NCBI GenBank assembly: GCA_038245785.1
Contig: JBBRSB010000001.1
Location: 288,001 to 352,000, forward strand
Reading direction: 5' to 3'
Source of the DNA: Gloeobacterales cyanobacterium
GTDB lineage: Bacteria > Cyanobacteriota > Cyanobacteriia > Gloeobacterales > PMM-0068
Length of the DNA: 64,000 nt
Made by a program: the position numbers and the translations under genes. The notes beneath the pieces are model-generated. The model was given only the letters and a program-made list of their open reading frames with translations, searched no databases and was not told the DNA's origin. Within the stretch, counting starts at the first letter, position 1. Each line of letters opens with the position of its first letter. Of the stretch, positions 41,108 to 50,455 are shown in pieces.

Positions 41108-42331
41108 GTGCTATTCACCAAAGCCCGTGAAGCCCTGCGGCCTCTCTTCGACCAAATTGACCAACAGACCAAACAAAATCTAGCTAAGGTTCTTGATAGC
41201 TACCGAGCCTTTGGGGTAGGCGCTCATCACTTTGCTGGAGTGAGTGGCTATGGTCATGGGGACTTGGGTCGAGACACCCTAGACCAAGTATTTGCCCAGA
41301 TTGTGGGCGCAGAAAAAGCAGCGGTGCGGGTGCAAATGGTCTCCGGGACCCATGCGATCACCTGTGCGCTATTCGGGGTGTTGCGCCCTGGAGACGAACT
41401 TTTGGCGGTGGCTGGCCATCCCTATGACACCTTGGAAGAAGTGATTGGTCTACGAGGGGTCGGTCAGGGTTCGCTTGCCGAGTGGGGGATTAGCTATCGG
41501 GAACTGGACCTCAAAGCGGATGGCACCGTAGATTTTGAAGGATTGGCTCAGGCGATTGGTCCTACAACGAAGATGATTTCGATCCAGCGCTCCTGTGGTT
41601 ATAGTTGGCGCAAAAGTCTGACCGTTCAAGAAATTGGCAAAATCGTTCACACCGCCAAACAGGTCAAATCGGATGTGGTGTGCTTTGTCGATAACTGCTA
41701 TGGCGAGTTTGTAGAAGCCCAAGAACCAACTCAGGTAGGCGTAGACCTGATGGCGGGTTCCTTGATTAAAAATCCGGGGGGCACAATTGCAACCGTGGGA
41801 GGCTATCTGGCAGGACGGGCCGATTTAGTAGAAAAAGCTTGCTGTCGGCTTACCGCTCCCGGCATCGGTTCTGAGGGCGGCTCTTCCATGGACCAGAATC
41901 GTCTGCTTTTCCAGGGACTTTTTCTTGCTCCACAGGTCGTTGCCGAAGCAGTAAAGGGTGCTCATCTAGCCGCTTGGATTTTTGAGCACCTCGGCTACAC
42001 GGTCAAACCGGGTCCTTTTGATCCTCGAACCGATGTGATTCAAGCGATTCACCTAGGCAGTGCAGAGAAACTGGTCCGTTTCTGTCGCGCTATCCAGCAG
42101 CGCTCCCCAATTGGTTCCTACTTAGACCCTGTGCCGGATGTGGTTCCTGGCTATGAAGATGCGGTTGTAATGGCAGGAGGAACCTTTATCGAAGGCAGCA
42201 CCCTCGAACTTTCTGCCGATGGACCGCTACGAGAACCCTACATCGCTTTTCTGCAGGGTGGAACGCACTTAGCGCATATGGAACTGGCTTTAGAGCGCGT
42301 ATTGGAATTGTTTGAAGAGAGTAGTATTTAA
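41108..42331 (+). CDS. YnbB/aluminium-resistance family PLP enzyme (Met gamma-lyase-like)
   Basis: GYGHGDLGR, VSGTHAI, QRSCGY, DNCYGEF, GSLIKNPGG, ELSADGP. Confidence 0.93.
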   Translation: MLFTKAREALRPLFDQIDQQTKQNLAKVLDSYRAFGVGAHHFAGVSGYGHGDLGRDTLDQVFAQIVGAEKAAVRVQMVSGTHAITCALFGVLRPGDELLAVAGHPYDTLEEVIGLRGVGQGSLAEWGISYRELDLKADGTVDFEGLAQAIGPTTKMISIQRSCGYSWRKSLTVQEIGKIVHTAKQVKSDVVCFVDNCYGEFVEAQEPTQVGVDLMAGSLIKNPGGTIATVGGYLAGRADLVEKACCRLTAPGIGSEGGSSMDQNRLLFQGLFLAPQVVAEAVKGAHLAAWIFEHLGYTVKPGPFDPRTDVIQAIHLGSAEKLVRFCRAIQQRSPIGSYLDPVPDVVPGYEDAVVMAGGTFIEGSTLELSADGPLREPYIAFLQGGTHLAHMELALERVLELFEESSI

Positions 42332-42349
42332 TCTCTATCCGTATTATCA

Positions 42350-42670
42350 GTGCCCGACGGGCAACCTCCTATGAACGGACAGTCTACGAAGAAGTTAACG
42401 GATGAAGAAGCTATCGAAGCTCTGAAGGCTGAAATTGCGCTCTCAGATGAGCATGCCCAGAGGCTAGCAGATTTAGTAGATGAGTTGGGGCAGCTCTTTG
42501 ATGAGCTAGAGCAGGCTAACAAGGACCAGATGCCTGGCTGGTGGGAAGCAAACGATCCGATCGCCAAAATCCGAGCAGAGTTGGATGGATGGCTTCCCGC
42601 CAGGGTTTGGCGAGAAGCCCGTGCGCAGGGTAAAGTCACCCGTGGGAAGTACGCGAAGGAGAACAGATAA
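42350..42670 (+). CDS. Hypothetical acidic helical protein
   Basis: Plausible 106-aa ORF (or from ATG at 42371); no recognised motif. Confidence 0.45.
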   Translation: MPDGQPPMNGQSTKKLTDEEAIEALKAEIALSDEHAQRLADLVDELGQLFDELEQANKDQMPGWWEANDPIAKIRAELDGWLPARVWREARAQGKVTRGKYAKENR

Positions 42671-42677
42671 GCGCAGA

Positions 42678-42720
42678 GGCAGCGTCTGTAGCCAAATCCA
42701 ATCAATCCTTCTGCTCCCAG
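42678..42720 (+). repeat. Second copy of the 3' end of the DUF559 remnant
   Basis: 40/43 identical to the reverse complement of 9119-9161. Confidence 0.8.
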
Positions 42721-42753
42721 AGCAGGCTCCCTGAGCGGAGTCGAAGGGAGGAG

Positions 42754-43083
42754 TCAATGAGGCGCATGCAATCCGATGCGATTGCCTTCCGTATCGAGAA
42801 TCGTGCCGATAAAACCGGGGTCTCCAATAGCCGTCTTCGGCATCAAGACTTTACCTCCTGCTGGTTCGACCTTTTCTAGGATTTTATCTAGATTGTCCAC
42901 ATCGACTGCGTTCAGGTAGATGGTTGTGCCTGGAACCCAATTTTCTCCCTACACAATCGCACCGCCTACTTCGCCACCATCCATTAGGAAAAACCCGTTG
43001 GGGACTCCCATAAATTTATCTTTGCGAATTTCAATACCTAGAATTGTGTTGTAGAAATGAACAGCCCGGTCAAAGTCAGTTGC
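42754..43083 (-). pseudogene. VOC/glyoxalase pseudogene (5' truncated, internal TAG)
   Basis: ATDFDRAVHFYNTILG...GGAIV*GE...AGGKVLMPKT..G..G...DTEGNRIGLH; in-frame stop at 42949-42951. Confidence 0.85.
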
Positions 43084-43313
43084 AACTGCTCGATTTCAGC
43101 CTGACTGTCCATACTTTGCGCTGTAAACCAGATACTTTGCTGAAGCTGTTGGACTTTTTCTCGTTGGCTATTGGTTAAAGCTCCGGCAATCTTGCGGGCC
43201 GCCCCTGTAGCGACAGTACTATATTCCGCATCAAAGCTCTTTTCCATCACGCCAGCGCCTAAAAGTAATACGGTCGCTTCATCAGCTGTCAGGCTTAAAG
43301 GAGGCAAAAATCT
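43084..43313 (-). pseudogene. Internal fragment of a YafY-family (HTH-WYL) regulator
   Basis: FLPPLSLTADEATVLLLG...A..A..KI...L; both the HTH and WYL domains are missing. Confidence 0.7.
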
Positions 43314-43344
43314 ACTTTACCTTTCATTCATGCCGTGGTCGGCG

Positions 43345-43659
43345 TTAATCTCGCTCTTGTTTTTCTATTTCAATCAAATCTTCTAGTCTTTCCTTAGACC
43401 AAGCCTCTGTCGGATAGGCTACAGCACTGATATGAACGAGACGAATGATCCAGGAAGTGCGCTTATGGAATTCATCGCCTTCGTCATCTCTGGAGGAAGA
43501 GAAAATAACAATTTCAACAAACTTCTGGTCTATATGGACAGGAGTCCCAGTGTAGCTATCATTCATGGTCTCAATATGAACCTTGCTGCCCTGCTGCAAT
43601 GCCTCATCAAGCCTTTGGTAGAGCAGGTCAGTCTTTCTAGCTTTAACCTTTTTTGCCAT
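43345..43659 (-). CDS. Hypothetical protein, possible Sm/LSm-like fold
   Basis: Helix followed by KVHIET..SYTG....D..FVEI...WIIRL.HISAV; GGGAG RBS. Confidence 0.6.
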   Translation of the reverse strand: MAKKVKARKTDLLYQRLDEALQQGSKVHIETMNDSYTGTPVHIDQKFVEIVIFSSSRDDEGDEFHKRTSWIIRLVHISAVAYPTEAWSKERLEDLIEIEKQERD

Positions 43660-43841
43660 AACGACACTCCCGCACATGAAGAGAATAAATATACCTCTAG
43701 TCCGGCTCGTCCCTTGCGAGGGTGCAAGCCAGGCCCCCTTTTGTACTTAGTTTTCCCAAATATTCTGTTCTGCAAAATACTACCTTGTAGTACAAGGTGA
43801 CAAGGTTTATTGCGATACGAAATAGATAGAATCAAGGCACT

Positions 43842-45203
43842 ATGCATCTACAAGACAGCCTCCGTCAGCGTCGTCAGAAATTAGCGCAACGCTTCAAACA
43901 CCCTGTAGCCCTCTGGTCTGGGTACAGCAGCCCGCGCAATTTTCGCAGTAATACTTTTCCTTTTCGGGCCAGTAGCCATTTTCTTTACTTCGCGGGTTTG
44001 CCGCTGGAGAATGCAGTAATCCGGATGGAAGCAGGTTCTCTGGAGCTTTTCCTCGATGAAGGAACGCCCAGTTCCGCACTGTGGCATGGAGAGACGCCCA
44101 CGCGCCAAGAACTCGCTGAAGCAATTGGGGCTGATGCTGCTTTTCCCTTGGCAGAGCTAGATAAACGAACCCAAGATGCAGCAACTATCGCGGTGCAGTC
44201 GGAGTCTATCTGTCAGCAGCAATCCCAATTTTTGAAACGCACTATTGCTGCTACCCCCTCAGGCCATGATTTAGAGTTGGCTGCGGCTATCGTTGCGCTC
44301 CGGCTTACCCATGATCAAGGAGCTTTAGAAGAGTTGCGTCTGGCAGCCCAGGTGACGGTTTCTGCTCATTTGGCAGGGATGGCAGCAACGCCCACGGCTA
44401 AGCGGGAATCAGAAATTCGGGCGGCGATGGAAGGCGTGATTATGGCTGAAGATATGAGCTGTTCTTATCAGAGCATTGTCACCGTGCATGGAGAAGTGCT
44501 GCACAACAATCACTATCACCATCCGATTCATGCCGGAGATTTACTCTTGGCCGATGTGGGAGCAGAGACGGCCACAGGCTGGGCTGCCGATGTGACCCGC
44601 ACATGGCCTGTCTCTGGTCTATTTTCTGCTACGCAACGGGCTATTTATGAAGTCGTATTAGCGGCCCATGATGCTTGCATTGCCAAGGTAGCGCCTGGGG
44701 TGGAGTATCAAGATCTCCATCTATTGGCTGCCCAGGTTATCACTGAGGGCTTGGTTGATTTGGGTATTTTGCGGGGACAGCCAGAGGACTTGGTGGCGAT
44801 GGATGCCCATGCTCTTTTCTTCCCCCATGGCGTCGGTCATCTATTAGGTCTAGATGTCCATGATATGGAAGATTTGGGAGATTTGGCAGGCTATGAATCA
44901 GGCAGAGTCAGGAGTGACCGTTTTGGGCTGTGCTATCTGCGTTTGAATCGCCCCTTACGTCCTGGCATGCTGGTCACCATTGAACCGGGCTTTTATCAAG
45001 TACCTGCGCTTTTGCAAGATTCAGAACGACGAGCAAAGTATCAAAAAGTAGTGGATTGGGAACGCTTAGAAGCTTTTGCCGATGTGCGCGGTATCCGCAT
45101 TGAAGATGATGTTTTGGTTACTGAATCAGGGCATGAAGTATTGACTGGGGCTTTACCCACTGATCCAGATGCGATTGAAGACCTCACGAGCGGCTCCCCC
45201 TAA
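43842..45203 (+). CDS. pepP: Xaa-Pro aminopeptidase
   Basis: LLLADVG, ADVTRTWP, HGVGHLLGLDVHD, TIEPG, GIRIEDD. Confidence 0.93.
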   Translation: MHLQDSLRQRRQKLAQRFKHPVALWSGYSSPRNFRSNTFPFRASSHFLYFAGLPLENAVIRMEAGSLELFLDEGTPSSALWHGETPTRQELAEAIGADAAFPLAELDKRTQDAATIAVQSESICQQQSQFLKRTIAATPSGHDLELAAAIVALRLTHDQGALEELRLAAQVTVSAHLAGMAATPTAKRESEIRAAMEGVIMAEDMSCSYQSIVTVHGEVLHNNHYHHPIHAGDLLLADVGAETATGWAADVTRTWPVSGLFSATQRAIYEVVLAAHDACIAKVAPGVEYQDLHLLAAQVITEGLVDLGILRGQPEDLVAMDAHALFFPHGVGHLLGLDVHDMEDLGDLAGYESGRVRSDRFGLCYLRLNRPLRPGMLVTIEPGFYQVPALLQDSERRAKYQKVVDWERLEAFADVRGIRIEDDVLVTESGHEVLTGALPTDPDAIEDLTSGSP

Positions 45204-45226
45204 CCAAGCCTGTATTTGTGCTAGTA

Positions 45227-45248
45227 TATCGTCAATCAACGATAAGCG
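45227..45248 (+). promoter_or_regulatory. Putative ArsR operator 1
   Basis: TATCGT-N6-ACGATA inverted repeat just upstream of arsR; repeated at 45604. Confidence 0.6.
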
Positions 45249-45257
45249 ATAAGTTCA

Positions 45258-45578
45258 ATGACCGAGTGTGCATCTTGTCCTCCCACAAACCCTCAAATCA
45301 CGGCTAACCCTGAAGCTGAGCAGGATTTAGCTTCTCTATGCAAGGCTTTGGCACATCCATCCCGTGTCCGTATCCTGAAAATCTTGCTGGAGCGAAAGTC
45401 TTGTATCTGCGGGGAGATTGTGGAAGTGATGCCTTTGTCTCAGTCTACGGTTTCAGAACATCTGCGGATTCTGAAGCAGGCGGGTTTGGTTCAAGGAGAA
45501 GTAGACGGCCCCCGCGTCTGCTACTGTGTCCATCCCATAGTGCTAGAGCAGTTTAAAGCTCTGGTTGAAGCTCTTTAG
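45258..45578 (+). CDS. arsR: ArsR/SmtB family repressor
   Basis: [36 protein letters not shown]. Confidence 0.9.
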   Translation: MTECASCPPTNPQITANPEAEQDLASLCKALAHPSRVRILKILLERKSCICGEIVEVMPLSQSTVSEHLRILKQAGLVQGEVDGPRVCYCVHPIVLEQFKALVEAL

Positions 45579-45603
45579 GCAAAGCTTTTTCTTTTGCTTA
45601 ATC

Positions 45604-45625
45604 TATCGTTAATCGTCGATGAGCG
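45604..45625 (+). promoter_or_regulatory. Putative ArsR operator 2
   Basis: TATCGT-TAATCG-TCGATGAGCG, similar to 45227-45248; upstream of the ArsI-like gene. Confidence 0.55.
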
Positions 45626-45655
45626 TAAAGTAAATCAATCTTCTGAGGTAAAACC

Positions 45656-46138
45656 ATGAAATTTCGTCCCCATATCAGTTTAGAAGTTTCTGACCTGGAG
45701 GCTTCTATCGATTTCTACAGCGCTATCTTCAACATAGAGCCGACCAAGCAATACGCCGATTATGCCAACTTCCGTCTAGAAGAGCCTGCCTTGCACTTAG
45801 CGCTGGTCCATAAACCAAGCCATGAACCCTATCGAGGAGACCAGCATTTTGGGATTGAACTCTTCGAGGATGCGCAGCTAGCGGAATGGAAAGACAAAGT
45901 CACAGCGTCTGGCCTTGCACCCCGCGTTGAAGAAACTGTTACCTGCTGCTATGCCGTAGCGGATAAATTCTGGCTCAAAGACCCAGATGGCAATGAGTGG
46001 GAATTTTGGGTGCGTCATGAAGAAGCAGACCGAATGCAGGACACTCGACAAGAAGTGGGATGTGGAACAGAAGGAGTCTGCTGTGCGCCTGCCGTTACTT
46101 TAGAACCCGCTGTAGTGAAATCCTCTTACTGCTCATGA
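45656..46138 (+). CDS. ArsI/CadI family VOC metalloenzyme (putative C-As lyase)
   Basis: HISLEV.DL..SI.FY, HFGIE, TCCYAVADKFWLKDPDGNEWE. Confidence 0.85.
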   Translation: MKFRPHISLEVSDLEASIDFYSAIFNIEPTKQYADYANFRLEEPALHLALVHKPSHEPYRGDQHFGIELFEDAQLAEWKDKVTASGLAPRVEETVTCCYAVADKFWLKDPDGNEWEFWVRHEEADRMQDTRQEVGCGTEGVCCAPAVTLEPAVVKSSYCS

Positions 46139-46170
46139 ACTTCGTCAACCTGTAAGGAAGTTTCATCCAT

Positions 46171-46695
46171 GTGAGTATTGCTGAGATTGCCAAGAGTGTG
46201 TTTATTTATCTAGGAATTCCCTTTATCGCCGGATTTCTCACTCGTTTCTTCTTGGTAAAAGTGAAAAGCAAAATTTGGTATCACGAAGAGTTTGTCCCCA
46301 AAATCAGTCCGATTACACTGATTGCTTTGCTCTTCACGATCACGGTCATGTTCAGCTTGAAAGGGAATTTGATTGTTCAGATTCCTTTAGATGTTGTTCG
46401 AATTGCCATCCCACTGGTTATTTACTTTGCGCTCATGTTTTTCATCAGCTTCTATATGGCGTGGCGCATCAGGGCAGACTATTCCAAATCAGTAAGTGTC
46501 GCATTCACCGCCGCTGGCAATAATTTTGAACTGGCTATAGCTGTTGCTATTGCAGTATTTGGCATTAATTCGGGTGCTGCGTTTGCTGCCGTCGTTGGCC
46601 CCCTCGTGGAAGTACCTGTGTTGATTGGTCTCGTTAACGTTGCGTTCTGGTTGGAAAAGCGCTATTTCAAGACACCTGAACCGAGAATGCTTTAA
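46171..46695 (+). pseudogene. acr3: Acr3 arsenite exporter, C-terminal half only
   Basis: [37 protein letters not shown]; the N-terminal TM half is absent. Confidence 0.85.
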
Positions 46696-46725
46696 TTGCA
46701 GCGACATAAAAAGAGGAGTAAAACT

Positions 46726-46971
46726 ATGAAACGAGTGATGTTTGTCTGCAAGCGTAATTCCTGCCGTTCACAAATGGCAGAGGACTACGATGTGGTTATC
46801 TCGCTCTGCGGCTGTGGGGGGAATTTGCCAGACGCCTGGATATCGCGAGAAGTTTTTGAAGACTGGCAGCTCGATGATCCAGATGGACAACCCCTCGAAG
46901 TCTTCCATCGCGTGCGCGACGAAATTAAAGAAAAAGTTGTTCAACTCATACAAAAACTCACTTTCGATTAG
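46726..46971 (+). pseudogene. arsC: ArsC arsenate reductase (cyanobacterial LMW-PTP type) with in-frame internal deletion
   Basis: CKRNSCRSQMAE is joined directly to DYDVVISLCGCG..W.L.DP; only 81 aa. Confidence 0.85.
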
Positions 46972-46984
46972 GAAGAAATCACTC

Positions 46985-47839
46985 CTATAACCAGCAGGAT
47001 CGATAATCGTCTACATATTGTCTCAGGCTAATCGGTGGACGCCCCAGCAATCGAGCCACATCTTCGGTAAGCGTTTCTGCCAATCCTAAACGAGCCGTTG
47101 TGTAAATACCCGCCATGACCAGAATGAAGTTTAGGGGCAGTTTGCGCTTCCACATTTGTCCAACAAACCTTAGGAGCGAAGGATTGGTGTAGCGAATGGG
47201 CTTTCCCAAAATCTCTGTGAAAATATCTGCCACTTCGTAATAGGTCAAGGCTTCTGCTCCAGTTAGTGCATAGGCTTGACCCTGATGTCCATCCTCCGTC
47301 AAGGCTTTCACTGCAACGGCAGCAATATCTCGAACATCAATAAAGCTTGTTCTCCCGTTGCCCGCAGGCATCAATAATTTACCCTGGCGAATGTCTTCTC
47401 GATGCGTAGTGTTCAAATTTTGCATGAAGAAACTGGCGCGTAAAAAGGTTGCAGGAACACTCAGCTGCTCAATGGTGCGCTCAATAGCAAAGTGCGGCAC
47501 CACTCGATTGCGGTCGGCTCCGAGCAGCGACAAAAATACGACCTGCTCGACGCCTGCTTGCTTGGCTGCATGGAGGGCCGGAGCAATTTGTTTGCGAACG
47601 TCTGCCAGGGCAGGCGGACGCACTAAAAAGAGTTTTCGGACTCCGGTGAAGGCAGGAATAAACGTAGTGGGCTCGGTAAAGTCGAATAGCACACAGGCAA
47701 CATTTCCCTCTAAAATCTGCTGCGCTTTTGCCGGGTCTCTAACGGCTGCGCGCACCTCACAATCGCGAGTCGCCAGGAGGCGGATTACCTCTCGTCCAAC
47801 GTTTCCTGTGGCACCCGTTACCAGAATTCTTAACGGCAT
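46985..47839 (-). CDS. NmrA-like/SDR NAD(P)-dependent oxidoreductase
   Basis: ILVTGATGNVG, FMQN, IDVRDIA, LTGAEAL. Confidence 0.9.
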   Translation of the reverse strand: MPLRILVTGATGNVGREVIRLLATRDCEVRAAVRDPAKAQQILEGNVACVLFDFTEPTTFIPAFTGVRKLFLVRPPALADVRKQIAPALHAAKQAGVEQVVFLSLLGADRNRVVPHFAIERTIEQLSVPATFLRASFFMQNLNTTHREDIRQGKLLMPAGNGRTSFIDVRDIAAVAVKALTEDGHQGQAYALTGAEALTYYEVADIFTEILGKPIRYTNPSLLRFVGQMWKRKLPLNFILVMAGIYTTARLGLAETLTEDVARLLGRPPISLRQYVDDYRSCWL

Positions 47840-48251
47840 CTAAAAAGCCAATGTTGTCAATCTTGCTCAAGCTTTCTCGTCCCGCTTGTTCTTATAGATC
47901 TTAGACGGTAAAGCAATAAAGCCCATGCTCAAGTTAACGGTTCAATCGACCCCTGCTAATGTTTTGTTGGGCCAAAGTGCTTGAGCCAGTCGATTCACAG
48001 ACAGATTTCGGTATAATTGCGCTTAAGGCAGTATTAGCGTTATAGTTCCCAAATTTTCGGATTTAGACCGTAGGAGTAAAAGATAAGCTTACATAGCGCG
48101 GAGGACCATACCTATAAGCTTGAATAAGCAGTATGGCTACGGCAATGACTTGAGCTGCTGCCCAGCTAGGCATAGCCGAAAACACAAATGTGTTGACATT
48201 GTATATACAAAACCTTAAATTAGAAGAGTCTCGCTCAAAAGAGTAAGTGTT

Positions 48252-48548
48252 ATGTCTGCCTCAGAGGGTGAAGGGTCAGTTAGCCGGACCCGCGATGTCA
48301 CCATCAACATCCGAGCTAAACAGAATCAACGGGATCTCATTGATTATGCGGCTGAAATTCAGGGCAAGAGCCGTTCAGAGTTTATGCTTGAGTCAGCTTA
48401 TCAGAAAGCCCAAGACGTTCTCCTAGACCGGAGTTTCTTTGGGTTAGATGAACTTAAATTTAAGCAATTTGTGGCGTTGCTGGATGCACCACCTACTCGG
48501 AATGAAAAGCTACATACCTTGCTGACAACCCAGTCTCCATGGGATTAG
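48252..48548 (+). CDS. DUF1778 RHH antitoxin (TacA/AtaR-like)
   Basis: TINIR....RDLIDYAA...GKSRSEFML..A, F...LDAPP..N..L. Confidence 0.92.
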   Translation: MSASEGEGSVSRTRDVTINIRAKQNQRDLIDYAAEIQGKSRSEFMLESAYQKAQDVLLDRSFFGLDELKFKQFVALLDAPPTRNEKLHTLLTTQSPWD

Positions 48549-49051
48549 ACCCAGAGGAAGACAAGCTCCGCCCGCCTGAAAAACTGAATTCGCTACATCG
48601 AATTGAAAGCTTTGACTCAGGTAACAATCAGCTCAATGACTGGCTAAAGCGTCGTGCTCTGAAAAATGAGTTAGAAGGAGCTTCCCGAACCTATGTTCTC
48701 TGCGCTGGCGAAGTCGTCGTCGCCTACTACTGCCTTTCCAATGGAGCCGTGGCACAAACTGCTGCAACAGGTCGAGTTCGGCGTAATATGCCCGATCCGA
48801 TTCCAGTTATGGTTATTGGAAGACTGGCGGTTGATTGTCAGTGGCAAGGTAAAGGTATTGGGCGTGCTCTGCTGCGCGATGCCATTCTTCGCACGCTGCA
48901 AGCTGCTGAAATAGCAGGGATACGAGCAATTCTTGTACATGCCATCTCGGAAGAGGCAAAGCAGTTTTACGTGAAGTGTGGTTTCACAGCTTCACCTCTT
49001 GAACCAATGCCCCTTATGCTGAAAGTTAACGATGCCACGGCTTCACAATGA
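48539..49051 (+). CDS. GNAT toxin (TacT/AtaT-like acetyltransferase)
   Basis: FDSG...LNDWLKRRA, RRNMPDPIPV..IGRLAVD...GKGIG, AILVHA; overlaps the antitoxin by 10 nt. Confidence 0.92.
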   Translation: MGLDPEEDKLRPPEKLNSLHRIESFDSGNNQLNDWLKRRALKNELEGASRTYVLCAGEVVVAYYCLSNGAVAQTAATGRVRRNMPDPIPVMVIGRLAVDCQWQGKGIGRALLRDAILRTLQAAEIAGIRAILVHAISEEAKQFYVKCGFTASPLEPMPLMLKVNDATASQ

Positions 49052-49074
49052 GCAATAGGTGGAAATAAACAGGC

Positions 49075-49734
49075 ATGGAAATTGACCACATCTTCATCTG
49101 TGTAAAGCCTGGCGGACCTGAAGCAGAGGCCCTGGCAGAATTTGGTTTGACGGAAGGTTCTGCTAACAGGCATCTCGGACAAGGCACTGCCAATCGCAGA
49201 TTTTTCTTTCACAATGCCTTTATCGAGTTGTTATGGCTTGAAGACTCAGAGGAAGCTCAGAATCAAGTTACAAAACCAACCAATCTTTTCGAGCGACTCA
49301 CATCTGAAGATCAAGAGGTTTCACCGTTTGGCATTTGTTTCAGATCTACCAACACGGAAGACAAAAAAGCACCGTTCGCAAGCTGGTCTTATAAACCAGC
49401 TTATCTACCCTCTAATTTAGCCGTTGAGATAGGTGATGCACCTTTATCCGAGCCTATGTGGTTTTTTTTACCTTTTGGATTGAGGCCTGATTCAGTACCA
49501 CCTGAAAAACATCAGCCATTGATACATCAAAAAGGCTTTATTGAGATAACATCAGTCCACATTACACTTCCGAAATTGGAAGAACTTTCTGTGCCTGCAA
49601 CGTGTGCCACAAATTTTACGAGCGTCGAAATCATTGAGGGCAAGAATCATCTCTTGGAAGTTAGGTTCGATAGTCAGGTTAGCCTCTGTGGGCAAGACTT
49701 TCACCCTGTCTTACCTATAGTGTTTAGGTGGTAG
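49075..49734 (+). CDS. Glyoxalase-like VOC protein
   Basis: IDHIFI, H.GQGTANRRFFF...FIELLW. Confidence 0.85.
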   Translation: MEIDHIFICVKPGGPEAEALAEFGLTEGSANRHLGQGTANRRFFFHNAFIELLWLEDSEEAQNQVTKPTNLFERLTSEDQEVSPFGICFRSTNTEDKKAPFASWSYKPAYLPSNLAVEIGDAPLSEPMWFFLPFGLRPDSVPPEKHQPLIHQKGFIEITSVHITLPKLEELSVPATCATNFTSVEIIEGKNHLLEVRFDSQVSLCGQDFHPVLPIVFRW

Positions 49735-49779
49735 TTTGGCCTAAATTAAGTTAGGCAGCGGAGCGGAGGGAGGTTCACT

Positions 49780-50430
49780 TTGAGCACTCAACGATTGGAA
49801 GACGTTCTTCGGTTCTGGTTTCCCATCCAACCAAGTGGTGACCGAGCGGCAATGGTTCGTCAGTGGGAATGGTGGTTTCGCGGGGGTGGAGATGCCGATA
49901 TAACCGAGCATTTTTCATCGCTGCTGGAACAAGCTACGCAGGGTGAACTCGATGCCTGGTCTGGTGAGCCACAGTCACGGCTTGCGCTTATCATCGTCCT
50001 CGACCAGTTCTCGCGAACGATCTATGGGGGAACTGCTCAAGCATTCGCACAGGACCCAAAGGCTTGCGCGCTGACGCTCGAAGGGATCGATATTGGTCAC
50101 TATGCAGCGCTTGAGACTCCTTGGGAGAAGACCTTTTTCTTTCTGCCACTGGGGCATTCCGAGGATCTCAGGAACCTAGAGCTTGCAGTTAATCTTGCAG
50201 ATGAGCTCGTGGAGGAGGCGCTACAGGAGTATCGCGCCTTGCTAGAGTTCTCCGCAGCGCAAGCGCGCAGACATCGGGAAGTGATTGCACGGTTCGGCCG
50301 TCATCCTCATCGCAACAATGCGCTAGGACGCCAATCAACCCCTGAGGAAATGAAGTACCTGGCGACTGGTCAGCTCGTCCATACGCGTCCGCTGCCGCCC
50401 CACTTGTCGCAGTTTCTCTCCAATACTTAG
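49780..50430 (+). CDS. DUF924 family protein
   Basis: LRFWF, IIVLDQFSR, LPLGHSE, RFGRHPHRN..LGR.ST.EE. Confidence 0.9.
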   Translation: MSTQRLEDVLRFWFPIQPSGDRAAMVRQWEWWFRGGGDADITEHFSSLLEQATQGELDAWSGEPQSRLALIIVLDQFSRTIYGGTAQAFAQDPKACALTLEGIDIGHYAALETPWEKTFFFLPLGHSEDLRNLELAVNLADELVEEALQEYRALLEFSAAQARRHREVIARFGRHPHRNNALGRQSTPEEMKYLATGQLVHTRPLPPHLSQFLSNT

Positions 50431-50455
50431 AGAAGGCTTGGAAAACTGCTTGCAG

